From assembly GCA_942492995.1 (NCBI GenBank), contig OW818653.1, positions 180,001-212,000 of the forward strand: DNA of 32,000 nucleotides. The letters run 5' to 3'. Each line of letters begins with the position of its first letter. The first letter of the stretch is position 1. Both the position numbers and the translations under genes were made by a program. The notes below the pieces were generated by a model that saw only the letters and a list, made by a program, of their open reading frames with translations, was not told the origin of the DNA and did no database searches. Origin of the DNA: an uncultured Erysipelotrichaceae bacterium (GTDB taxonomy: Bacteria > Bacillota_I > Bacilli_A > Erysipelotrichales > Erysipelotrichaceae). Below, piece after piece: positions 16,782 through 24,538 of this stretch.

Positions 16782-17693
16782 TTATTCAATAATTGAACAA
16801 TACCATTTAGGAACATATGTAGAAAAGTCATCATACCACTCTAATGTTAGCTTAGATAATCGAATCATTGTGGCAATTTCTTTGTCACCATAATTAATTG
16901 CCCAAGGAAGTGATGCGATTTGATTAACCGATGTATATAACGCTAGGAGTGGGAAGAAATCATTTGGAATATTATGCTCAAAGTAACCATCAATACAACC
17001 ACTCGCAAATTCTGGGCTTAACTCAACACTAAATGGGATACGATTAAATTCTTCCCAAGGATCTCCGATATCATGCCGATTGAAATCAATTAAACAAAGT
17101 TCTCCATTTGTTTGTATAAGAGTATTTCCAATATGAAAATCACCATGTTGAAATGTGTATGGTCGATTCTTAAGTAAATGAATCGTATCTTTAATGCATT
17201 TTAGATAGATATCAGAATTTTCTAACGATATAGGACAATTCTTCAATTGTTCGATTTTCTTATTTATTTTATTTGTGAAGCGTTCTTCCCATGTAACAGT
17301 TGGTTGTTCAATTGATATTCGATGTATCACTTTTAATCGTCTACCACAATCAATTCCTAATTTATATTGATCTATTTTTGAATAACTTTGAATTACATCT
17401 ATGGTATCTTCACCTTCAATCCAATTGTATAGGGTGTACACGTATGCATTATCATTCGATATTCCTATTTCAATTGGTGTAGAAATGTTAATCAAGTTCA
17501 TAGAACTTAATTGATCAAATTCAATTTGTGTATGATTTAAATTAACAATATCTGTTATACGTAATAGAAAACTTTGGGATAAATCATTGGTAACTTTAAA
17601 CTTGTGATCGAGTGACCAACCTTTTGTGACTTTTGAAATAGTTACCCATTGTGTCGCGTTTGGGATTAACTGATTTATTTCGATAATTTCCAT
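16782..17693 (-). CDS. phosphotransferase-family protein (APH/choline-kinase fold)
   Basis: The catalytic loop is QHGDFHIGNTLI and the metal-binding segment is LIDFNRHDIGDPWEEF. There is no SD; TGaTACAAT sits 8 nt upstream of the ATG. Confidence 0.75.
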   Translation of the reverse strand: MEIIEINQLIPNATQWVTISKVTKGWSLDHKFKVTNDLSQSFLLRITDIVNLNHTQIEFDQLSSMNLINISTPIEIGISNDNAYVYTLYNWIEGEDTIDVIQSYSKIDQYKLGIDCGRRLKVIHRISIEQPTVTWEERFTNKINKKIEQLKNCPISLENSDIYLKCIKDTIHLLKNRPYTFQHGDFHIGNTLIQTNGELCLIDFNRHDIGDPWEEFNRIPFSVELSPEFASGCIDGYFEHNIPNDFFPLLALYTSVNQIASLPWAINYGDKEIATMIRLSKLTLEWYDDFSTYVPKWYCSIIE

Positions 17694-17727
17694 AGAGTAT
17701 TATTGTATCACTTAAAATGTATATGAA

Positions 17728-17756
17728 TTGTATGTTTTAATGAGTTTTGTTATAGT
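17728..17756 (+). promoter_or_regulatory. candidate promoter of the SRPBCC gene
   Basis: TTGTAT (17728-17733), a 17-nt spacer, then TATAGT (17751-17756), with an extended TG at 17748-17749. Confidence 0.5.
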
Positions 17757-17795
17757 CAAAATACAAGAACGTTATTAATCCAATAAGGAGGAAAT

Positions 17796-18215
17796 ATGAC
17801 AAAAAGAATAAATATTACAATTGAAACCAATATAAAAGCACCAATAGATAAGGTTTGGGATACATGGAATAATCCAGCGCATGTGATTAATTGGAATCAT
17901 GCGTCAGATGATTGGTTTTCCCCACGTGCAACCAATGATTTTAAAGTAGGTGGAAAGTTTGTTTATCGTATGGAAGCGAAAGATGGAAGTTTTGGGTTTG
18001 ATTTTTCTGGTACTTATGTAGACATTCAGGACAAAAAATTAGTTGTCACACGCCTTGATGATGATCGTTTAGTAAGTACTGAGTTTATCCCTGAAAATGA
18101 TTCTATAAAAGTTGTGGAAACATTTGAAGCAGAAAGCGAGAATTCTGTAGAACTACAACGTGAAGGTTGGTTAGCAATCTTAACTAACTATAAAAATTAT
18201 ACAGAATCGTTATAA
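17796..18215 (+). CDS. SRPBCC-superfamily protein (Aha1/AHSA1-like domain)
   Basis: At 139 aa it shows the pattern APIDKVWDTWNNPAHVINW...GGKFVYRME...GFDFSGTY...GW, typical of activator-of-Hsp90-ATPase-homologue-like START-fold proteins. It has a strong AAGGAGG SD. Confidence 0.7.
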   Translation: MTKRINITIETNIKAPIDKVWDTWNNPAHVINWNHASDDWFSPRATNDFKVGGKFVYRMEAKDGSFGFDFSGTYVDIQDKKLVVTRLDDDRLVSTEFIPENDSIKVVETFEAESENSVELQREGWLAILTNYKNYTESL

Positions 18216-18226
18216 TATTATTAATT

Positions 18227-18266
18227 AAAAAAGTGGACCCACAATACTATGTAGGTTCACTTTTTT
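18227..18266. terminator. bidirectional terminator between the SRPBCC and anti-sigma genes
   Basis: AAAA-AAGTGGACC, a 14-nt loop, then GGTTCACTT-TTTT. The stem is 9 bp with one G-U pair and is extended by A/T pairs. Confidence 0.55.
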
Positions 18267-19257
18267 AGTCTTCTTCATCTTCAGGTTCATCATCATTACT
18301 TTCAGGTTCACTATCCTCGTGATCATCCGAACTTTCAATTTTATTGTCTGATTCAGAACTTTCACTATAACCAATTGATTCAAATTCATCTTTTAAGTCT
18401 TCTATCAATTCTTCTAAATCTTCACCTTTAGTATTAAGTCTAGTTTGGAATTGCGTTGTATCAATATTCAACCGGTTCAATTCGTTAATTAATACTTGAA
18501 TAACGGAAACAAGTTCTGAACCATTGGTTTCTTCCGCATACTCTTCTAATACTTCTAAATTATCTAAGTCTGATACAAATGTTTGTACATTCATCGGTGT
18601 GCCATTGTTTTGGATAATTCCATTTAACATATAGATACCCAATGAAATGTTTTCGCGTTTTGCCTCTTCACGATCTTCATCGGTAGCCTTTAAAATGTAC
18701 GATTTAATGTTTCGATCAATCGCTAAACTTGAACGAAGTTTTACTTGAATGTCTTTAACAAGTTTCACACCATCAGAACCATATGAGATAGTAGAAATAA
18801 TTACAGTGTCTTGATTCATATCACTTAGATTAATGAAACCTGAATCTTGTGCTTGTTTGATTAAATCTTCGACAACATCTTGAACGGGTAATCCGATTAA
18901 CTGATCCAACGCTAATGATTTTGCGTCATCGTTAAGTGGATTTATTTCTATAACAGTGTCATCAATATCGATATAGAGTTCAAAACTAGGGTTAATATCA
19001 ACACTTACAATCGCGTAGGCTAGTTTATTTGATGGTGTTGATATTCCGATTGTGGTTGGGGTTTTATTGATATTTAGAGAAGGTAGATTGGATAAAACGA
19101 TTGCGATGATTAATACTATCGCAACACTTAAACTAAGTATCAATTTATTTTGTAGAAAACTAAATGATTTATGAGTATTGGTCTTTTTGATTAATGATTT
19201 ATAAATTTCATCTTCATTCATCAAATTGTCCTTAAAACTTTGTTTTAATTTATCCAT
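18265..19257 (-). CDS. single-pass membrane protein, probable anti-sigma factor, with Ser/Asp/Glu-rich C-terminal tail
   Basis: It starts 12 nt after the sigma-factor stop with an AAAGGAGA SD. It has a roughly 40-aa N-terminal cytoplasmic segment and one TM (LILSLSVAIVLIIAIVLSNL). By hand count, 18 of the last 32 residues are D/E. Confidence 0.55.
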   Translation of the reverse strand: MDKLKQSFKDNLMNEDEIYKSLIKKTNTHKSFSFLQNKLILSLSVAIVLIIAIVLSNLPSLNINKTPTTIGISTPSNKLAYAIVSVDINPSFELYIDIDDTVIEINPLNDDAKSLALDQLIGLPVQDVVEDLIKQAQDSGFINLSDMNQDTVIISTISYGSDGVKLVKDIQVKLRSSLAIDRNIKSYILKATDEDREEAKRENISLGIYMLNGIIQNNGTPMNVQTFVSDLDNLEVLEEYAEETNGSELVSVIQVLINELNRLNIDTTQFQTRLNTKGEDLEELIEDLKDEFESIGYSESSESDNKIESSDDHEDSEPESNDDEPEDEED

Positions 19258-19269
19258 ATGTCTCCTTTC

Positions 19270-19794
19270 TTATATATCATTCTTAATTAATAATTCTTTT
19301 AATTCTTTTAATGCCCGATAATAACGTGTTTTGATCGTATTTTCTGATAGATTTAACTGTAATGCAATCTCTTTAAAAGTCATATCATATCTAAAGTGAG
19401 CACCAAGTATCTTTTGGTCAATAATAGGTAATCTTTTAACTAGTTTATAGATTACATCAGATTCAATTGAATCTAATATTTCTAATTCTATGTTTGTATC
19501 ATCTTGAATATTTTCTAATATTTGAAGTTTATCTTCATCGAATGTAATTGGTAGTTCTTCTTTTCGCTTATAGTATTTACTTAATTCATTGTTTGCCATT
19601 TGAATGAGATAGGCCTGGACATTATCAACAGATTTATTTTTCTTTACAATGTAATTGTAGAAATCAATATAGATTGTTTGAATAATATCTTCCGCATCAC
19701 TCGATTGAGCTACCTTAAAATACACGTGTTTACTTAACGTGGTAAAAGTTGCGCGATAAATTGTCTCAAAGAGTTCAGTTTGTTGATTTGACAT
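19270..19794 (-). CDS. ECF-type RNA polymerase sigma-70 family factor
   Basis: The region 2-like segment is DAEDIIQTIYIDFYNY and the region 4 HTH is MTFKEIALQLNLSENTIKTRYYRALKEL. The protein is 174 aa. Confidence 0.8.
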   Translation of the reverse strand: MSNQQTELFETIYRATFTTLSKHVYFKVAQSSDAEDIIQTIYIDFYNYIVKKNKSVDNVQAYLIQMANNELSKYYKRKEELPITFDEDKLQILENIQDDTNIELEILDSIESDVIYKLVKRLPIIDQKILGAHFRYDMTFKEIALQLNLSENTIKTRYYRALKELKELLIKNDI

Positions 19795-19870
19795 TCAAGA
19801 TTAGATGAATAGAGGATTTTCAATCGTCTACCAATTACTTTCATTATAGTGATTTATCCTTTAATTTGTA

Positions 19871-20509
19871 TTAATCTGCATCTTCTTCGTCTTCATCTTC
19901 ATGCTCATCTTCATCATCTTGATCATCTTCATCTTCTTCACTATATTTATCTTCATCTTCGTCTTCATATTCGACTTCTTCGTATTCATTTTCATCTTCA
20001 TCTTCGTCATCTAAATATACTAGAGTTCCACCGACACTAACAACGCGACTTGAACCTGTATTTGTATCTTCAATCGGTGTTGGATTAGTTCCGATTGTAG
20101 TAGTTGAGCTTTGTTTAGATGAACTTGTGTTGACATCAGTAGCGCTATTTGAACTTACAAAACCATTGACAGAACCAGTGATGATTTTCGATGCGCCTGT
20201 TACAATATCAAGTACAAATTCATTTAAATTTGATGTTTCATTTAATTCGTTTGATTTGGATGAGCTTGTTTCTGTATCATCAACAAGGATATCAGCAGCA
20301 ACTTGATTTGTTTCAGTTTCATCTGTTACAAGTAGTGAAGATGTATCTGTTTCAACTTTATCTGAGTTGGACAATGTATCCGTTATATTTCCATATAAAT
20401 ATGCGCCAGTAGTAGCAGTAGTAATACCTACTGTAGATATTAGAGCAATTTTACCAATTCCCATTAAGACATTATTTCCGATTAATTTAGTGATTATTTC
20501 TTTGAACAT
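19871..20509 (-). CDS. membrane-anchored Ser/Thr-rich protein with extreme poly-Asp/Glu C-terminal tail
   Basis: AAGGAG lies 6 nt upstream of the ATG. It has an N-terminal hydrophobic anchor (VLMGIGKIALISTVGITTATTGAYLYG) and a low-complexity S/T/N/D/E middle. By hand count, 36 of the last 46 residues are D/E. Confidence 0.6.
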   Translation of the reverse strand: MFKEIITKLIGNNVLMGIGKIALISTVGITTATTGAYLYGNITDTLSNSDKVETDTSSLLVTDETETNQVAADILVDDTETSSSKSNELNETSNLNEFVLDIVTGASKIITGSVNGFVSSNSATDVNTSSSKQSSTTTIGTNPTPIEDTNTGSSRVVSVGGTLVYLDDEDEDENEYEEVEYEDEDEDKYSEEDEDDQDDEDEHEDEDEEDAD

Positions 20510-20680
20510 AGTAAACTCCTTTGTGTTTATACACTGTTCGAGGAAAAGTTGATTGGAATAGTTTCAAATAATCAAAATATATATCTTGCTTTAGGATTTT
20601 CCGTAAATCTGTATTTTTGTAGGGTATGAAAGCGTTTGCAATAACAATAAAATAAAATCAAGAATTAATGGAGGAACATT

Positions 20681-21706
20681 ATGAAAAAATTCTTAAGTAT
20701 CATCGCAGTGCTTGGAATCGTCTTAAGTCTTGTTGCGTGTACTTCAGCACCTGAAGAACCAACAGAAGAAGCGACAGACAAATTAGTTATTTATACACCT
20801 AATAGTGAAGGGATTATCAATGCAGTTATTCCACTTTTTGAACAAAAGTATGGAGTAGAAGTTGAATTAATTCAAGCTGGTACTGGGGAATTAATGACTC
20901 GTTTACAATCAGAAGTTAGTGCACCTTACGCTGATGTTATGTTTGGTGGATCTAAATCACAGTTTGCTGCAAACCCAGATATTTTCCAAGAATATGTATC
21001 TGAAAATGATCAATATGTTCTAGAAGCTTATCGTAATACATCAGGTTACATGACATCTTATGTACTTGATGGAAGTGTATTAATTGTTAATACTGATTTA
21101 ATTGGTGATATCGAATTAAATGGGTATGCTGATTTATTGAATCCTGAACTAAAAGGTAAAATTGCTACAGCTGATCCTTCTGCATCATCATCAGCATTTG
21201 CACAATTAACTAATGCTTTATTAGCAATGGGTGGTTATGAAAGTGAAGAATCATGGGAATACGTAAAAGCTTTAGTTGAACAATGGGATGGTAAAATCGC
21301 ATCAGGTTCATCAGCTGTTTATAAGAGTGTTGCTGCTGGTGAAATGGTTGTAGGTTTATCCTATGAAGATCCTTGTGCTACGCTTGTAAAAGATGGCGCA
21401 AACGTTAAGATTGTTTATCCTGAAGAAGGAGCAGTTTATTTACCAGCAACAATGGCTGTAGTAAAAGGTGCTCAAAATATCGTAAATGCTAAATTATTCA
21501 TTGATTTCGTAATTTCAGAAGAAGTACAAAATATCTTTGGAAGTACATTAACGAATCGTCCAGTGCGTGAAGGTGCAGCAACTGCTGATTACATGACACC
21601 TATGGCTGATATTAAAGTACTAGTAGAAGATCAAGATTATGTTAGTGCTAACAAAGCAGCTATCGTAGAACGTTATACAGAAATATTCGCAAGTTTACAA
21701 AAATAA
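20681..21706 (+). CDS. ABC transporter substrate-binding lipoprotein, Fe3+/thiamine/polyamine (FbpA/AfuA/PotD-like) class
   Basis: It has a signal peptide with lipobox LSLVAC. LVIYTPNSEG...QAGTGEL...R is typical of this SBP cluster. A GGAGGA SD is present. Confidence 0.75.
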   Translation: MKKFLSIIAVLGIVLSLVACTSAPEEPTEEATDKLVIYTPNSEGIINAVIPLFEQKYGVEVELIQAGTGELMTRLQSEVSAPYADVMFGGSKSQFAANPDIFQEYVSENDQYVLEAYRNTSGYMTSYVLDGSVLIVNTDLIGDIELNGYADLLNPELKGKIATADPSASSSAFAQLTNALLAMGGYESEESWEYVKALVEQWDGKIASGSSAVYKSVAAGEMVVGLSYEDPCATLVKDGANVKIVYPEEGAVYLPATMAVVKGAQNIVNAKLFIDFVISEEVQNIFGSTLTNRPVREGAATADYMTPMADIKVLVEDQDYVSANKAAIVERYTEIFASLQK

Positions 21707-21730
21707 TCAACTAATTGAAGGAGTGATAGT

Positions 21731-22846
21731 ATGAGTGTCAACATTAATATAAAAAACGCAGTAAAGCGATATGGCGAAAATACTATCCTATCCGGATTAT
21801 CAGTTAACATCAAGGAGGGTGAATTATTCACTCTTCTTGGTCCATCCGGATGTGGAAAGACAACGCTTTTAAGAATGATTGCAGGTTTTAATAGTATAGA
21901 AGGCGGTGAATTTTACTTTAATGACTTGATCATTAATCAAATGCCACCAAGTAGACGTAATATCGGTATGGTATTTCAAAACTATGCAATTTTTCCACAT
22001 TTAACGGTAAGAGAAAATGTTAAATTCGGTTTAAAGAATCGTAAATTAACTAAAGATGAAATGAATCAACATACAGATGAAATGTTGAAAACAATGCAGA
22101 TTGAGCAATTTGCAGAGCGATTACCAGAAAAATTATCCGGTGGCCAACAACAACGTGTTGCATTGGCACGAGCAATTGTTATTAAACCAGATGTACTTTT
22201 AATGGATGAACCATTGTCTAATTTAGACGCAAAACTACGTGTAGAAATGCGATCTGTTATTCGAGATATTCAACGTTCAGTTGGAATAACTACAGTATAT
22301 GTAACACATGACCAGGAAGAAGCAATGTCTATTTCTGATCGTATTGCGGTTATGAAAGATGGACAAATTCAACATATTGGAACTCCAAAAAATATCTATC
22401 AAAGACCTGCTAATACATTTGTCGCAACTTTCATTGGACGTTCTAACATGTTAAAAGGCAATTTATTAGTTAAAGATAATAAATCAATTCTAAGAATTCA
22501 CAACAATGAATATGAAATGAATACAATACGTAATGATATAAAAGAAAATCATGAAGTTATTGTGTCTATTAGACCTGAAGAATTTGTTATAACGAATAAT
22601 AGTTCTGATATGATTGGAACTGTAGTTGATTACATATTCTTAGGATTAAATACGCATTATACAATTAAACTCGAAAGTGAAGAATTCATTGAGATTGTTA
22701 TCGAATCTTCGATTGATAGTATTATTCAACCAGGAACTAAAATTAATCTAGGAATTAAACTAGAAAAAATAAACGTGTTTGATGTTGATGGAAATACAAA
22801 TTATGTGACTGGGGTTGAGAACGATAATGACAAAGAAAAAGCTTGA
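21731..22846 (+). CDS. ABC transporter ATP-binding protein with C-terminal TOBE-like domain (FbpC/PotA-like)
   Basis: It carries Walker A GPSGCGKTT, a Q-loop, signature LSGGQQQRVALARA, Walker B LLMDEPLSNLD and an H-loop VTHDQ. It has a roughly 130-aa C-terminal beta-rich extension. Confidence 0.9.
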   Translation: MSVNINIKNAVKRYGENTILSGLSVNIKEGELFTLLGPSGCGKTTLLRMIAGFNSIEGGEFYFNDLIINQMPPSRRNIGMVFQNYAIFPHLTVRENVKFGLKNRKLTKDEMNQHTDEMLKTMQIEQFAERLPEKLSGGQQQRVALARAIVIKPDVLLMDEPLSNLDAKLRVEMRSVIRDIQRSVGITTVYVTHDQEEAMSISDRIAVMKDGQIQHIGTPKNIYQRPANTFVATFIGRSNMLKGNLLVKDNKSILRIHNNEYEMNTIRNDIKENHEVIVSIRPEEFVITNNSSDMIGTVVDYIFLGLNTHYTIKLESEEFIEIVIESSIDSIIQPGTKINLGIKLEKINVFDVDGNTNYVTGVENDNDKEKA

Positions 22847-24476
22847 TGTTTGGACATCGATATCGTTAATTGTTCTTGGATTATATGTATTATTCTTAAT
22901 CTATCCAATGTTGAATTTGGTTGTTCAAAGTTTAACGAACAAAGAGACACAAACGTTCTCACTTGAGTATTATCAGAAGTTCTTTAAATTCCCATATTAC
23001 TCAAACACATTAATAAATAGCTTTAAAGTTACGATTTCTGTTACGTTATTAACACTATTAATCGGTACACCAATGGCATATTTCTTTAATATGTATGAAA
23101 TCAAGGGGAAATCTTGGCTACAAATACTAATCATTATTTCATCAATGTCTGCACCATTTATTGGAGCATATTCTTGGATATTACTCTTGGGTAGAAATGG
23201 AGAAATAACCAATTTCTTTAAAGATGTATTTAATTTTCAGATTCCTGATATTTATGGATTTACTGGTATCTTAATGGTCTTAACCTTACAATTGTTCCCA
23301 CTTATATTCCTATATATAAATGGAGCAATGAAGAATGTAGATAATAGTTTATTAGAGGCAGCTGAGAATCTAGGTTATACAGGATTAAGACGATTTAAAA
23401 CAATTGTCTTTCCATTAATATTACCAACAATATTAGCAGGATCATTATTAGTGTTTATGCGAGCATTTGCCGACTTTGGGACACCGATGTTAATCGGTGA
23501 AGGTTATCGGACATTTCCAGTTTTAATTTTCTCTGAGTTTATTGGAGAAGTTGCTGGTGACAAAGGCTTTGCGGCTGCGATTAGTATTATTGCGATATTA
23601 ATTACAACAGTGTTCTTCTTAATCCAAAGTTATGTTTCAAATCGTAAGAAATTCTCAATGAGTGCAATGCATCCAATAGAACCTAAAAAGATAAATGGAA
23701 TAAGAAATATTCTATTACATCTTTATGTATATGTTGTTATTGCAATTGCAATGTTACCTCAAGGTTATGTAATTTATACTTCATTTATGAATACAAAAGG
23801 TATGTTATTTATTAAAGGATATTCCTTTATGAGTTATACCGAAGCATTCAAACGGTTAGGTAATTCAATTCAAAATACATTTATTATAGGTGGTTTAGCA
23901 TTAGTAATCATTGTACTAATAGCTGTATTAATTGCTTACATCTCTGTTAGACGTCGTAATTATCTAACAAAATTCATTGATACAATGTCTATGATTCCTT
24001 ATATTATTCCAGGATCTGTAATGGGGATATCGTTATTAGCTGCATTCTTAAATCCACCATTTAGATTGGCTGGTGGAGTTACTATTATGGTAGTAGCATT
24101 AGTAATAAGAAGATTGCCTTATACAATTCGATCATCTTCGGCTATTCTTCAACAAATCTCAATAAGTATAGAAGAAGCTGCTATTAGTCTTGGAGCGAGT
24201 AATTTAAAAACTTTCTTTAAGATTACAGTTCCTATGATGTCTGCAGGAGTTATAGCAGGTGCAATACTTAGTTGGACAACAATCATTACAGAATTATCTA
24301 CAGGCATAATACTTTATACAGGTCGTACAAAGACGTTAACAATTGCGATCTATACAGAAGTTATTCGTGGAAACTATGGAATTGCTGCAGCTTTATCAAC
24401 AATTTTAACAATTCTTACCGCTGGCTCACTCATAGCGTTTATGAAAATTAGTAAAAATAAAGATCTTAGCGTTTAA
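22827..24476 (+). CDS. fused two-module ABC transporter permease (FbpB-like, about 12 TM)
   Basis: It has two EAA-loop motifs, LEAAENLGYTGLRRFKTIVFPL and IEEAAISLGASNLKTFFKITVPM. I prefer ATG 22827 over the track start TTG 22815. It overlaps the ATPase gene 3' end. Confidence 0.85.
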   Translation: MTKKKLDVWTSISLIVLGLYVLFLIYPMLNLVVQSLTNKETQTFSLEYYQKFFKFPYYSNTLINSFKVTISVTLLTLLIGTPMAYFFNMYEIKGKSWLQILIIISSMSAPFIGAYSWILLLGRNGEITNFFKDVFNFQIPDIYGFTGILMVLTLQLFPLIFLYINGAMKNVDNSLLEAAENLGYTGLRRFKTIVFPLILPTILAGSLLVFMRAFADFGTPMLIGEGYRTFPVLIFSEFIGEVAGDKGFAAAISIIAILITTVFFLIQSYVSNRKKFSMSAMHPIEPKKINGIRNILLHLYVYVVIAIAMLPQGYVIYTSFMNTKGMLFIKGYSFMSYTEAFKRLGNSIQNTFIIGGLALVIIVLIAVLIAYISVRRRNYLTKFIDTMSMIPYIIPGSVMGISLLAAFLNPPFRLAGGVTIMVVALVIRRLPYTIRSSSAILQQISISIEEAAISLGASNLKTFFKITVPMMSAGVIAGAILSWTTIITELSTGIILYTGRTKTLTIAIYTEVIRGNYGIAAALSTILTILTAGSLIAFMKISKNKDLSV

Positions 24477-24479
24477 AGT

Positions 24480-24506
24480 AGGTATGGGTTTAACTCATAC
24501 CTTTTA
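24480..24506 (+). terminator. terminator or attenuator between the ABC operon and the two-component genes
   Basis: AGGTATG, a 9-nt loop, CATACCT, then TTTTATAAG. Confidence 0.5.
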
Positions 24507-24538
24507 TAAGTCATGTTACAATTAAGTTGCTAATTATT

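Noticed and set aside
19795-19870. A possible ECF-type autoregulated promoter, or a leaderless arrangement (TCTAAT, 5 nt, then ATG), upstream of the sigma-factor gene, which lacks an SD.
   Set aside because: The -35 partner is unconvincing at any spacing. A TATAAT about 50 nt upstream is an equally plausible promoter, and I saw no clear AAC...CGT ECF motif pair. It is too ambiguous to call without TSS data.
19849-20040. A striking His/Leu-rich 63-aa plus-strand ORF (HLHLLRLHLHAHLHHLDHLHLL...) that looks like a metal-binding peptide.
   Set aside because: It is the antisense reading of the GAT/GAA codon tract that encodes the acidic tail of the 212-aa minus-strand protein. It has no SD or promoter, and its composition is fully explained by the opposite strand.
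20510-20680. A possible riboswitch (for example TPP, given the thiamine/Fe3+-type SBP) or other structured leader upstream of the ABC importer.
   Set aside because: The region is only about 170 nt and is shared with a divergent promoter. I found no conserved TPP elements (no CTGAGA or ACCTGATCTGGATAATGCCAGCG-like blocks) and no convincing stem-loops. I also could not define a convincing -35/-10 pair here.
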